From NCBI RefSeq assembly GCF_036588685.1, contig NC_086376.1, positions 67,249,630-67,313,629 on the forward strand: a stretch of DNA of 64,000 bases, read 5' to 3'. Position 1 is the first letter of the stretch, and every line of letters begins with the position of its first letter. Shown here in pieces: positions 11,694 to 24,242 of this stretch. Below the pieces are notes generated by a model. That model did no database searches, was not told the origin of the DNA, and saw only the letters and a list, made by a program, of their open reading frames with translations. A program made the position numbers and the translations under genes. This DNA is from Mytilus trossulus. Taxonomy: Eukaryota.

Positions 11694-12297
11694 ATCTATT
11701 TCTCGCATGAATAGATAATTCTCGTATCACACTGTCCGGAGTGTGATACGAAAAAGTGATACGAAAAATGCGTTAATTTGATTGGCCAACGAAACCTCCT
11801 GAAACGATATTGCGGCATTTTCATTGGCTATTCTTTAGGTCATTGTTGACAGTTAAAGGTCACAATGATGTACATTTCCTCCATTGCAACGGAGATAAGC
11901 GATTTCTTCAATAATATAGAAAATACGCACACTTTTCACCTTATTATATATTCTTATTCAAATATTATTACATTCTGAAGCGTACAAAATGTTTAAAAAA
12001 GTCTTATGAAGAAGATTGACGACGAACAGGACATATGACGTCACAATGCAGTTATGTTCAAGCGACTGGGTCGACGTTTCGCGGATTTTTTTTATTAAGC
12101 ACAAAAAGCATGTTTACCATAAGAGAAATAGGTTTCACAACTCAGGAGAATTAGATATCGTTTGATATCAACTCTCTTTATTTAATTTAAATAGTAATAA
12201 CAAACTCGCCACAGGCTCGTTTATTATTATATTGAAATTAAATAACTCGAGTTGATATCAAGCGATATCTAATTCTCACTCGTTATGAAACCTATAA
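11694..12297. mobile_element. Palindrome-ended non-coding element (tentatively Crypton-like)
   Basis: Imperfect hairpin of about 168 bp at 12128-12295 around CTCGCCACAGGCTCG, adjoining a domain bounded by CTATTTCTC / GAGAAATAG. CpG-rich; no TSD seen. Confidence 0.55.
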
Positions 12298-12932
12298 TTA
12301 TTACATAAAAGGAGAACTATTTTTTTCAATTGGGTGTTAAAGATTTTGTAACACAAAAATATTTTGCATACCATTTCAAGGTCAACAATTATTGTCTATT
12401 TCTGGAAACACAAACAAGGAATTATTTCAGATTTTAATTTTTAAGACACAATGTGTGTAAAATAAATTTTAAAATGCTAAAATAATGCATTTTTAATTTA
12501 CTGAAAATGCTGCTTAGCAGATATTGTTATTCAAATTTATTTGTAAGAGTTGGCTGGAATGCAAAAATGTGAAATGTCATTTTTTTTGTCTTTCTGAAAA
12601 TTGAAAGAAAAAAAATATGAGGACAGTGGATCTGTTAACCAATAAATTAAAAAAAACTCTAGCTAAATTCAGTTTTAACAGCATAAAATTCTGTTTTTGT
12701 CAAGGTTTAGTTGAGTCAGTTTTCATAAACATGTGCAACAAAAAATGTAAATGAAGATATATTCCATACAATAATCTTAGATTTTTTTCGATTCCCAGTT
12801 TCTTGAGATTTACACAATAGTAAGAATAAAAACATCTTGTATTTATGATATTATGAGACTTTATTTCATTATTACAATATCGTCATTATAAAAATACAGA
12901 GATGTGATTAGATTGTCTTTGACTGCCTTATG

Positions 12933-15900
12933 TCATGATTTTGATGATTCTTTCAGAGTGTTCAGAGTGTCTTCAGACTTGTTCACAGTATATTTACAAG
13001 ACATAAGCAGGGCTGCAAAGAAAAAAAAGACAATTTTACTACAGAAAATTATAACAATTTTTAAAATACAGCTATAAGATTTTAAATATCAATTTGTACC
13101 AGCAATAAAAATAGAGATTCCCAATTTACTGTATTCTTTGATATCAGATGAATACACTGTATTAACAAAATATGTGTGCTGATTGTTTTTAGCTATTTAC
13201 TTGATTAAATTTATAACACTAGAAGTCAATAACAATTTATTTTTTGTTCCTATTGCTGTCTTTTAAATATATACCATACATCAATCTTCTTTTGTTCATA
13301 TTCTGAATTTATATTCATGAAGGGGAAAAAATCTGCCCTAATAATTTTAGCTTTTCTAGCTTAAATACTACAAATTTCACTTAGAAATAGTTGTGTGATT
13401 ACTATAAATTCAATTTCTTTTTGACATATCACATAAAAAAAGACGAAGTTATGGCCCCTTAATTAAGGATTATTTATTATAAACATCAGTTTTGGTCAAA
13501 TTTTTCAATAATTCTTCACAGTTTTTAGCATAATAAACTTTGGCTGCTACCCCTGATCCAGCAGATTTTTGTGTCTATTGATTCAATATCATAATTGACA
13601 TTCTTTTGGATCGCAGGTTGCAGCCTAGTGTTTCCTGATGCTTTTAGTCCCATTTAAGAACCAAAATTATGACCATTTTGACATTTAATTATTAAGTTCA
13701 AATTAAAGGCCATAGTGGACCTAAAGTGAACCATGTTCTTTAGGATATTGAAAGTAATCTTTACAATTTCAGAGGATCTGGAGAGTAGTAAAAAATCAGT
13801 CAAAAAATTAAATAAAAAAATGTTTACTTTTTTTATTATCAATGAAATTTCTAAAATATCTATTTTAATCATTACCACTTTAAAGTTCTTTTGAGCTTGC
13901 CCTGTTCCATTTGCTTGTGTTCATTGACAAGAGTTTTAAAGAAAACATTGTCCATATTTTCATTCTAATGTTGTTACTGATCTTTTTTGTTCCAATGAGA
14001 ATTTCACTTTATCATCTTAATTTTCAGTGATGACTTCCTAATACCGTATTGGGGGTCATTTTAGAATTTATAATACAAAATGGCCAAAATAAATTCCACC
14101 AAATTAAAAGTGTAAATGCAAAGGTTTGAAGAAAATTTTTGAATCCTCCAAAATAATAACCACCAAAATATTTTTATACCTTATATAATGAAAATTGCAA
14201 AATTTTACACCTGCAAAAATAACCTGCTTTACAGTAAGTAATATACCTTCCAGTTCTTCTGAGGCATCAGACAATATAGATTCTTCAAATTTATGTGATG
14301 GTTCCCAGTATTCATCTGGTACCCATTTTGATGGTTTTGGCAAGTGGCTCATTGACTCACTTTCTTGTCTTGCTACAAAAAGGAAAAACAATCTACATTA
14401 TCTCATCATTTTCAACTTGTTAATTACCAAAATGACAACAAAGGACTTTTTGAACACACAGAATCAAAACAGGCCATACCTTGACCTATAATGATTTCAC
14501 TTCTATAAATTGTTACTTGGATAGCAAGTTGTCTCATTGACACTCCTACCACATCTTCCTATATATCTATTGGTCATAATAATAGTCTTTTATTCAAAAG
14601 CAATACAGCTTATAGAAATTTACCTATAGAAATATAACAGCATCTGTGAATAATTATATATATGTTTTACAATAAGAAACAGTTTGTTCCATCGAATCAT
14701 TAGTAGAGAATGGCAACAAATAATATAAATAATCATGAAACATGCTACAGTCACCAGCAATCACCAATCAATCAATGTTAATATTTTTTCTAATTATGTA
14801 AGTGAATGAATTAAACAAAGTCACTATTAATTGACACTTGGTTTACAGAAACATGGCCATGGCCTTGTATGACACAAAAAGGCTATATCTCAGTGATGAC
14901 AAAAATAACATGATATAAAGAATGCTGACTTCTTGCTTTTCAATACACTGACTGCAAAAAAACCTTGTAAAAATGTGTTGGAGTGACTCAAATAAACCTT
15001 GTTAAAATGTGTTGGAGTGACTGAAATAAACCTTGTAAAAATGTGTTGGAGTGACTCAAATAAACCTTGTAAAAATGTGTTGGTGTGACTCAAATAAACC
15101 TTAAAAAAACAATCAAATAAACACTACAAACCTTCAAGAGCCTCTTCTATCTTCTGACACAGCTGAAAGACTTCACTACCTCTTCCTATCAATTTTTCAC
15201 CTAAAAAAACATTGAAATGTAATTTTTAAAATTCTATAAAAAATAAAAACTTTCAATAAATAACAAATAAAAATGACTATCAGTGAATAAAAATATAGAC
15301 TTTTGCACATTTAAATAAAAATTGTATTTTGAAAGATTTTTAAGAATTTCAACTACATGAACTTGTTTCATAGATATACTGATGAGCCATAAGGCTCAAA
15401 GTTAATAAAGAATTTGAATTTTGATATTTTTAAATTAGACTCTTGGTTTATGTCTACATTCAACAGATGAAAATTAATTGTAGGTAATTTTGTATAAGAA
15501 GTTCATTGTACCGGTACTACTTTTAATTCAGCATAATAAAATGACATGCATATTTTTCTTGTCTCAAAATGGGTCCCAAAAAATTTTATAAAAAAAGATT
15601 TAAGGTGTGAAGAACTATAAAGAATAGAGAACAATTGTCAGAAATCAATAAGAAGGAAGAAAAAGTCCAAAAAATAAAAGGATCTTCAAATGAAGACCCC
15701 CCACCCCCTAATACATCGTCTGGATAGGCTAGGAGTCTTCATGTGCTCATTAGACTTGTGTAATCCCCATCACCAAGTCAGGCTTTCTGGAACATGTGTT
15801 GTTTGTTATTATTTGTCTTTTGTGGTTGATGCTATCTGGTGTACAGTTTAGTTTTATTTGTGATGGTCATTAATCCTTTGATATTTTATCCTGTTCACCA

Positions 15901-18900
15901 AAAATTAAATCAAACATCAGTGCATCAATGATAATTTAATTATGAAAATGCTATTTATGTTTTTCTATTGTTACTGTACATTTATATGATTCTACATTAC
16001 CATCAAGCCATTCCAGGTTTGGGAACATGCTGATCATGTCTGTTCTGTAATTCCTGTTCATACATACAGGATTAGACAAATCATGAGTTCTATCACACAG
16101 TCTCAGGGTTTTCAGTTTGTCTAGTCCAGTAAGACATCTTAAACTATCGATGCTGAAAAAATAAGGACAATAAGTTTACAAACATTACATACATCAGGGC
16201 CTTTTACAGCTGACTATATGGTATGGGCTTTGCTCATTGTTGAAGGCCATACAATGACCTATAGTTGTTTATGTCTGTGTCATTTTGGTCATTTGTGGAC
16301 AGTTCATTGGCAATCATACCACATCTTCTTTTTTATGTTGTATAGATATATTGAAAAAAAAAAACTTCATTCCTGTTCAAACAGATATTGAAAATCTAAA
16401 TTATCATGGTCGCTAAGAGTTTGATATAATTTCTTCATACCATTGCAATACAATTTCTGAATGTAAACATTCAGGATCTATAGCACAATTGACCATGTAA
16501 TATCCATTAGGCCAGGATTTAATTGCAATACTACAAGTATGATTAACAGCCTTTAAAGACATCACATTATTAATCTATTTCAATAAAATGTCCATACATA
16601 ATGGTGTGATGTCTAACAGATATTCTACGTTTCTGAACCCGTTTTTATAAAATTAAAATCTAAATTATTGTATTCTTGCAACAGTAAATCCAAGAGTTTA
16701 CCAACACATTGAACTTATTTGTATAGTGTGTAAACAAACCTCATGACTGTCTTTTAGTGTTTTTTAAATTTTCTTCTTACATACAACACTTCATGTATAA
16801 ACAAAAAAATTTAGGAAAACAAAATTTGTTGTAAATACAGAATTACTTCCCTTGTCACAATTAAGAAGTTTTTGCAATCAAGATTTAGTGGTTTGATATA
16901 TTATTGCATAAATGAGAAAAGTTTGTGGTAAATACAGAATTATCTCCCTTGTCACAATTAAGAAGATTTTGCAATCATAAAAAGTGGTTTGATATATTAT
17001 TGCATAAATGAGAAAAGTTTGTTGTAAATACAGAATTATCTCCCTTGTCACAATTAAGATAAGTTTGTACAATCAATATTTAGTGGTTTGATATTTTATT
17101 GCATAAATGAGAAAAGTTTGTTGTAAATACAGAATTATCTCCCTTGTCACAATTACAGTAAAAGAAGTTTGTACAATCAAGATTAAGTGGTTTGATATTT
17201 TATTGCATGAATGAGAAAAGTTTGTTGTAAATACAGAATAACCTCCCTTATCACAATTAAGAGAAGTTTGTACAATCAAGATTTAGTGGTTTGATATATA
17301 ATATTAATTGCATAAATGAGAAAAGTTTATTATAAATACAGAATTACCTCCCTTGTCACAATTAAGAGAAGTTTGTACAATCAAGATTTAGTGGTTTGAT
17401 ATTTTATTGAATAAATAAGAAAAGTTTGTTGTAAATACAGAATTACCTCCCTTGTCACAATTAAGAGAAGTTTGTTCAATCAAGATTTAGTGGTTTGATA
17501 TATTATTTCATAAATGAGAAAAGTTTGTTGTAAATACAGAATTATCTCCCTTGTCACAATTAAGATAAGTTTGTACAATCAATATTTAGTGGTTTGATAT
17601 TTTATTGCATTAATGAGAAAAGTTTGTTGTAAATACAGAATTATCTCCCGTGTCACAATTACAGTAAAAGAAGTTTGTACAATCAAGATTAAGTGGTTTG
17701 ATATTTTATTGTATGAATGAGAAAAGTTTGTTGTAAATACAGAATTATCTCCCTTATCACAATTAAGAGAAGTTTGTACAATCAAGATTTAGTGGTTTGA
17801 TATATAATATTAATTGCATAAATGAGAAAAGTTTAGTATAAATACAGAATTACCTCCCTTGTCACAATTAAGAGAAGTTTGTACAATCAAGATTTAGTGG
17901 TTTGATATTTTATTGAATAAATAAGAAAAGTTTGTTGTAAATACAGAATTACCTCCCTTGTCACAATTAAGAGAAGTTTGTTCAATCAAGATTTAGTGGT
18001 TTGATATATTAATGAATAAATGAGAAAAGTTTGACTTTCTTGGCAAGAAGCATAACATAATCTGTCATTGGTCAATAAAGAAATTTATAAAATTTTAGAT
18101 ATAATTCAATGCTATCAAGAGGAAAAAGGTTGAAGATTGCCTGACAATGTATAATTACGTAACTTGTAGTCCAAATAATTATGACGCCTTGGAATGCTAT
18201 TTAAAACATTTGTTTTGACGCTTTCCTGCGCTTTAATGAAAAAAAGTATTAATATGTTTTAAAAAAAAAGAAAATTACCTGCCAATTAAATTTCCAACAA
18301 GATTCAAATGTTGCAAACTGTCTAGTGCCTGTAGTCCTTCTGAAAAGAAAAAACATTCACATACAGGTATATATATATATAAACCCTGACCCCTATACTA
18401 CCACATTGTATTCTTTGTTTATGTTTACCTATCTAAAAAGTGCAGGTTTAGATTCTGCAACTTTATTTACATTTTAATGAAAGATTGCAGAGAGGTAACA
18501 ATCATATAATCTGAGATATTCATGTATACATTGGTGGCCTTCAGCTGTTGTCTGCTCTATGGTTAGGTTGTTGTTGCTTTGACACATTCCGTATTTCCAT
18601 TCTCAATTTTATGTTGTTTGGTTAGTAAAGAAATGATGATTTTTCCCATTTGTCTCCAAAGTAATATTATATTTTTCAAATTTAATAATTTTCTTTCTAT
18701 ACTTAAACACCATTTATAAATGATATGACTTAGCCTTTAAACATTGTGAATCTATCAATTGCTTTTTGTTTGAACACGCTTGAAACAGGAATTTGTGATT
18801 TTACAGTCTTAATTGACCAATACACAAATCTTCATTCCATCATCGTAAAACATGTTGTGCTGTATCAGAATCAGTTTAAATAACATTCAGATAAATCAGA

Positions 18901-20192
18901 AATTTAAAAAACAGTTCTCATAATGTAATACATTTATGAATCTGTCTATCAGATACTGTAAATTCAGAAATTATTGCCTGCATTAATTATTGCAATTTGT
19001 CATCCTGTTTAGTTCATATAAAATATTTCAAAATGCAAGTTTAAACTATTGCGTTTACAACTCAGTCGCATTTTTTGCATTAATAAAAACCTTGCAATAA
19101 TTTCTAAATTTATAGTAATAGTAATAGATGTCATGTGACTGTAATGTTATGGGTTTTTGGTGTTTTTTTTATTATTAAGAAAAACAGGTTTAACCTTAGT
19201 ACTATTTGACAGCTTCAGAGAAAATATTCAGGAAGCTTCGGTATGTGTTGAATGCTTATTTTTGTTATAACAAAGACATTGTCTGATGAAGGAGAACATT
19301 ATTGTATCTGAATGGATATCAAGTGCTCCATAAGAGTAGGTATATTCCCCCAATGAATTCAGCAGCATATAACAGAGTGGTCATGCCATTTATAAGTAAA
19401 ATCAAGTAGCAGACCATGAAAGAAAATTTAAAAACACATTGTATTAAGTAAACTTAGCTTTGTGAACCTGGTGTTATGTTTTTAGTTCTACTCACCAAGG
19501 GAGACAATCCTATTAGCAGACAAGTTTAACTGTGTAAGGTTGTTCAGTCCTGCCAATTTGGTCAGTTTTGATATGTCATTTCTGGCCAAATTAAGTCGTT
19601 CAAGTGATGCACATTCACTTATGCAACCTAAATCTGAAATGCCTACAAAAGAAGATAAACAGTAAGGCCAAAGTAGATGATGGTGATGTCATCAGGAGTT
19701 TTTCATGTGATGTGGTTCCTTTATAATTAAAGAATGTATTGTGAACTCTCAATGTTTATTTTGGTTAACTTGTGTTGTTCAATTGCTGTCTAAATACCAA
19801 ATATTAATCCAAAAAATAAATGTACTGTTTGATATTGTTAAATGTTTATTGCCAGTGGACTACATTGTATTAGTGTAACTATCCAGTACAAACATCTCAA
19901 ACGTTTAATTTCATTGACCTTTTATGTGAATATTTATAAAAACCAAGGATCATGTGTCAGTTGATAAAAAAAAGATGTAAAAGATTATATAAAAAAAAGA
20001 AAATCTTTAGTATAAAATATACTGGTTCATGCTTTAATGTACAATTGTATTCCTTCTTTGGATCATCACATGGTGTTCTTTTCTAAGTTGTTATCGCTGT
20101 CTTACCTAGTTCTCTTAAATTTAAAGAATGAATACTCTCCAAGTCAAATTCACCACTTCTTGTCTTCAGTAAAACTTTTGTTATTCTTCCAT
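12933..20192 (-). CDS. LRRC61: Leucine-rich repeat-containing protein 61 homolog (7 coding exons located; first exon tentative)
   Basis: Phase-consistent GT-AG exons: 20192-20106, 19642-19496, 18339-18279, 16152-16001, 15200-15132, 14372-14247, 13012-12933 (TGA). The translation DGRITKVLLKTRSGEFDLESIHSLNLRELGISDLGCISEC...LSNPVC...LDGEKLIGRGSEVFQLC...WVPDEYW matches vertebrate LRRC61 as I recall it. A candidate start micro-exon ATGGAAG|GT at 23178-23172 would give 242 aa. Confidence 0.9.
14044..14234. mobile_element. Degenerate TA-flanked MITE about 10 bp from an LRRC61 splice donor
   Basis: TA|CCGTATTGGGGGTCATTTT ... AAAATAACCTGCTTTACAG|TA, imperfect TIRs. Confidence 0.5.
14957..15102. repeat. 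34-bp tandem repeat, about 4 copies
   Basis: AAATAAACCTTGTAAAAATGTGTTGGAGTGACTC repeated at 14990, 15024 and 15058. Confidence 0.9.
16820..18032. repeat. About 99-bp tandem repeat (roughly 12 copies) with a 506-bp five-monomer duplication, in an LRRC61 intron
   Basis: Unit AATCAAGATTTAGTGGTTTGATAT...GAGAAAAGTTTGTTGTAAATACAGAATTAYCTCCCTTGTCACAATTAAG. Diagnostic variants at about 17071 recur at about 17577. Confidence 0.95.
18956..19115. mobile_element. Small mariner-like MITE (TA TSD); relatives at about 32975-33160 and 52804-52875
   Basis: TA|CTGTAAATTCAGAAATTATTGC ... GCAATAATTTCTAAATTTATAG|TA. Confidence 0.7.
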
Positions 20193-21455
20193 CTATTATA
20201 AAATAAAAAAAGAACAATGAATAATTTGATAAAGGTCTGAAAGTTTTCATAAATATGTCATAGATATAGGAAGATGTGGTATGAGTGCCAATGAGACAAC
20301 TATTCATCCAAGTAACAAGTATGTCATATTTACATTATTATTCTAAAACATGTTTGAAAATAGTGTTTCAATTAAAAGTGTGAAAGCCACACATTTATGA
20401 TATAACCTCAAATCAGACAAAAAAATAGCATACACCTGGATTTTAGCTATTTTTTACTTTGTTGTAGGGCCATAAATAACAACAAATCAATCAAAGTGTA
20501 AAAAATGTAATCCTATTCTCATGTTTTTCACATATTTATGAGTGTGTTAAGGGTTATTTTCATGTAACGTTTTCAGCCTTTTTATTTCATGTATTTTCAT
20601 GTTTTAATATTTTTTAAATTTCTTGTTTTCTCATGTTTGGCTTGATTTTTGTCCTTCGTGTTTTCCTGTCTTTATTTTCTCCTTGTTTCCTGTTGGTGCT
20701 CTTAATTTCTCTTGCATGTCTTGGATTTGATTAAAAAGTCAGTGTGTTATAATCCTTCAGAAACTTGCGTAATCTAATAGAAATTGATGTATATTGTTAA
20801 CATTCTACTTTTGCAATAAGTATGGTATTAATGAAGTCCATCAAATTACTATGAATAACAGACGAACATTTTTTCCAAATACAATGTAAGATGCAAGTAG
20901 CGGGCGATAAAAAGGTGACCACAAGGTCTTCATGTCCATTATAAATAATACATGCATGATCTCCTAGAACGGCTGGTACTTTATCTTAATCTTTACGATT
21001 TTATTTCCCCTGCTTCTTTTTTCCCCGATTTTTAGTTTTTGTGAAATGATTTTGCTATTTTTATTTCATATGTTTCAGTGTTCAGTATCCCCCCTTTTAA
21101 AGTACCACCCTCTTTTTTGTGCATTAGTGATGTATAAATAAAGTTAAGGATAGATCCTTTCAAGACATCATAAATACTTGGACTAGCAAAGGGCATGCAA
21201 TTTGAATTCAGGCGCGGATCCAGAGGAATCCGGGTCCGTTCGCGCCCATTCACGTTTGCACCCACTCATGTTTGCCTCCTTTCACTTTCGCACCCTACAT
21301 ATTCCCACCCAAAGTCTGTTCGCACACTACATGTTCGCGCCCAATTTTTATTGGTTTTGTGTTTAATAACTTTGTAATCAAGGTTTGGTAAGTATATTTC
21401 TATAAGTATACTTGTTGTCATTGTCTCATTACAAAGTGAGACAGCATTATTATTA

Positions 21456-22415
21456 CTGTGAAAGTACTTTTATTTGTGGGGTACCAATTTTCGTGGTTTT
21501 TGTGGATGACTTAATCCACGAATTTAAGTGTCCAACAAAATAAAACAACCATTGTCCAAATCAAGCCATGGAAAAATAACCATGGGTAGGTTTGACTACT
21601 GATATGATCTAGAGAATATATTGAATAACGCCAAATCTGAGAATACGTTCATAGCAGTCACAGAACTACAATCGCATGCAGGATTACCCATTTAATATTT
21701 AAGTCTAAATTGTACAACTTTTGATCTTTTAATTCGCATAAAAAATATTTTTGATCGATGAAAGTCAGATTTCCGGTATTGCTATGCGAGTATGATAAAG
21801 TGTTCATTTTACTTCATCATCATTCTCGTACATATTGGTAATAATAGTTTCATGCTGGGCTTGATTTTGATAAGAATTATTTGACAACTCAAGATACGTT
21901 AATAGCATTTCAATTTGTTTATGTTACTGTTTTCTTTATGTGACATGTTTATGGCCTAATTAACACCTTTGATGGTTTATAATCTGTTGATCACTCTTTA
22001 TCATGGGTTTATAATAATGACTATATGATTTGGCACAACTTTTTGGAATTTTTGGGTCCTAAATGCTCTTCAATTTTGTATTTGTTTGGCTTTTTAACTG
22101 TTTTGATCTGAGCGTCACTGATGAGTCTTATGTAGACAAAACGCGTGTCTGGCGTATTAAATTATAATCCTGGTACCTTTGATAACTATTAATAAGTGTT
22201 ATCACTACAATTTACACGGGTCAAAGTTTACTTTGCAATTTACTTCAATCCAGACCTGAGATCCAGACTATTTGTAACCTTCGTTTCTGAAGGCTTTAAT
22301 TTTTCCATTATGTTTTATTTTAAAAACTAAAATCCACGAATTTAAAAACCCACGAACATGTAAATATTGCTCAAACCACGAAAATTGATACCCACGAATT
22401 AAAGTACTTTCACAG
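21456..22415. mobile_element. Tc1/mariner-like MITE (TA TSD), copy 1
   Basis: TA|CTGTGAAAGTACTTT...AAAGTACTTTCACAG|TA with long imperfect TIRs. The interior matches 36303-37009 in the opposite orientation. Confidence 0.85.
22018..22189 (+). mobile_element. Retrozyme-like fragment with a type I hammerhead motif (core 22112-22155, GAAA mutated to AAAA)
   Basis: GCGTCA-CTGATGA-GTCT-TATGT-AGAC-AAAA-CGCGTG-TC-TGGCGT. It is absent from the sister MITE at 36303-37009 and flanked by TAATAA (22012-22017, 22190-22195). Confidence 0.8.
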
Positions 22416-23399
22416 TATTTAAGTTTTGGAAAGTGTATTGTTAAAAAAAATAACAATCCTTTCTAAATAAAGTGGGATTCTGTCAACGTTTTATTTTGTC
22501 GCATGTTGAATAACTCTTAATCATGTTTTGGTAAGTGTATCGCTATAACTTTGTTTTTAATCATTGACTTGTTTTAAAATAAAGTGAGATTCTGACTACG
22601 TTTTTTTTTAGTGTGTTGAATAAATTTTATCATGTTTTGGTTATATTTTATTGTTTCATTGTTTCAGATCAAAGGGACCAAGCTGTTAAAAACAATTATC
22701 TGTTGTATTTTTCATTTAAAATCTTCAATGTTTTTCTTATACCAAGCTAAATAAATACATTCAGTATTTAAACCTAAGAAATTTAAAACAACAATCTGAA
22801 TCTGGAATTCGAACTAATATTGGGTGTGAACGTGTAGAGTGCGAACAGATCTTGGGTGCAAACGTGCGAGGTGCAAAAGTGTATTGGGCGCGAACGGACC
22901 TGATACCGATCCAGAGGGGGGGTTGGAACCCCCCCCTTTTTTTTGACAATCACTGCATTTGAATGGGAACATGTAATTGGAACATCTCCTTTGTCCTGGG
23001 TTAGGAACCCCCCTGGAATTAATGCATAAGTTAAGGATTCACACTGATGTATAGTGACCATTTTTTTTTAAATTTTGGAATGTTTAATCATGATCTTTAT
23101 TTTGTTTTTTTTCTTTCATATAAAAACAACTTGTGTGGATTTATCTCTTTAGCCCGGACATAATATTGCACCTTCCATTCCAAGATAGATCTGCTAAATC
23201 AGACAGACACTAAGAAAGACAGGTTCATGGATGGATCAGTCTCTCATTTGATGATTGTTTACATGTTTCTATTGACACTATACACAGTCCACAAAAAAAC
23301 TATAAAAAAACTATAGACTCTAAATAAAAGATATATAATAATTTAATGACAACCTGAATTCAAAATTTTAACATTTGAATTAAATTTAATATTATACAG

Positions 23400-23600
23400 A
23401 AATATGAATGAAAACAATGTTATTTATTTTACATGGCGTGCATCAAATCGTGTTACATTGTTACTTCCGGTCACTTTTGTGGCGGCTCGTTCGAAAGACT
23501 ACCTGCTTTAATGTTGAATTTAAACATGACAACAGGATAAAAGTTAATCAATTTATTTCATTCTTATGAAGATAAAAGAGTAAGGTAAATAGCTAAGTCA
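23400..23600. promoter_or_regulatory. Probable bidirectional promoter shared by LRRC61 and HAUS6
   Basis: Local CpG-containing patch between divergent genes, with ETS-like ACTTCCGG (23463-23470) and YY1-like ACATGGCG (23431). A + strand donor AAG|GTAAAT after 23584 could splice to the HAUS6 acceptor ending at 26838. Confidence 0.5.
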
Positions 23601-24242
23601 TTTAAATCACGAAATGCAAATCCGTATGCAGCATAAGCAGGTGCTTTTGTCGACATTCAAAATTCTCAACTTTCTAATCTGCTTACTTTTGTGCTTGTTT
23701 TACCAATGAGGATGTTTGAAGGTCTATGAACCTTCTCCATGATTGTGTAATACGAATATAGTTATAATTTATCAAAAACAACTAACAAATAGACCAGCCT
23801 TTTGTTTATATAGTTATTCCCTGTTTTGTACATGAGGAAACATACACCTTGTATTTTATATAGGATAGCGATAGCCATTGACAGTAAAACCTTGTCTGAC
23901 CCACTAAACAAGCCCCTGTGGCATAGGTTAGAATTCTCTAGTCAACCAGTGCAGATTTATAAATAGCGATAAGGTGTATTCACAGAACTACACATCCTGT
24001 CCACCATATATATTAAAAAGCTTTCTTTGAATATATATATTTACATCGTACGACGTATATATATATATATACAAAGTACGACGTATAGATATATATATAT
24101 ACAAAGTAGGTACAACATTTTCTTCCCGTTGCCAATATTTTATTCCTATTGACAGAGTGTCTAGTGTCGGTGGTGTATTATACATGTAGTACTATGAGGC
24201 TAAAGCTACGATTTATATCATACATTTCTCATTAATAATCCA

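Larger units (their letters stand above)
21225..22907. mobile_element. Non-autonomous TIR element with 8-bp TSD and subterminal TTCGCRCCC repeats (MULE- or Merlin-like; superfamily unresolved)
   Basis: Ends GGAATCCGGGTCCGTTCGCGCCCA / TGGGCGCGAACGGACCTGATACC. GATCCAGA is duplicated at 21217-21224 and 22908-22915. Confidence 0.85.
21209..23017. mobile_element. hAT-like MITE remnant (CAGGCGCGGATCCAGA-G-run), split by the 21225-22907 insertion
   Basis: Removing the insert rebuilds CAGGCGCGGATCCAGAGGGGGGGTTGGAACCCCCC. The right TIR was not found. Confidence 0.55.

Noticed and set aside
15378-15425. CTGATGAGCCATAAGGCTCAAAG as a hammerhead
   Set aside because: GAAA and the stem III/UH site are missing. 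It is better read as a TGAGCC/GGCTCA hairpin plus AATAAAGAATTTGAA, like a LINE 3' tail.
16878-17785. Repeated short minus-strand ORFs
   Set aside because: They are translations of the 99-bp tandem array in an LRRC61 intron.
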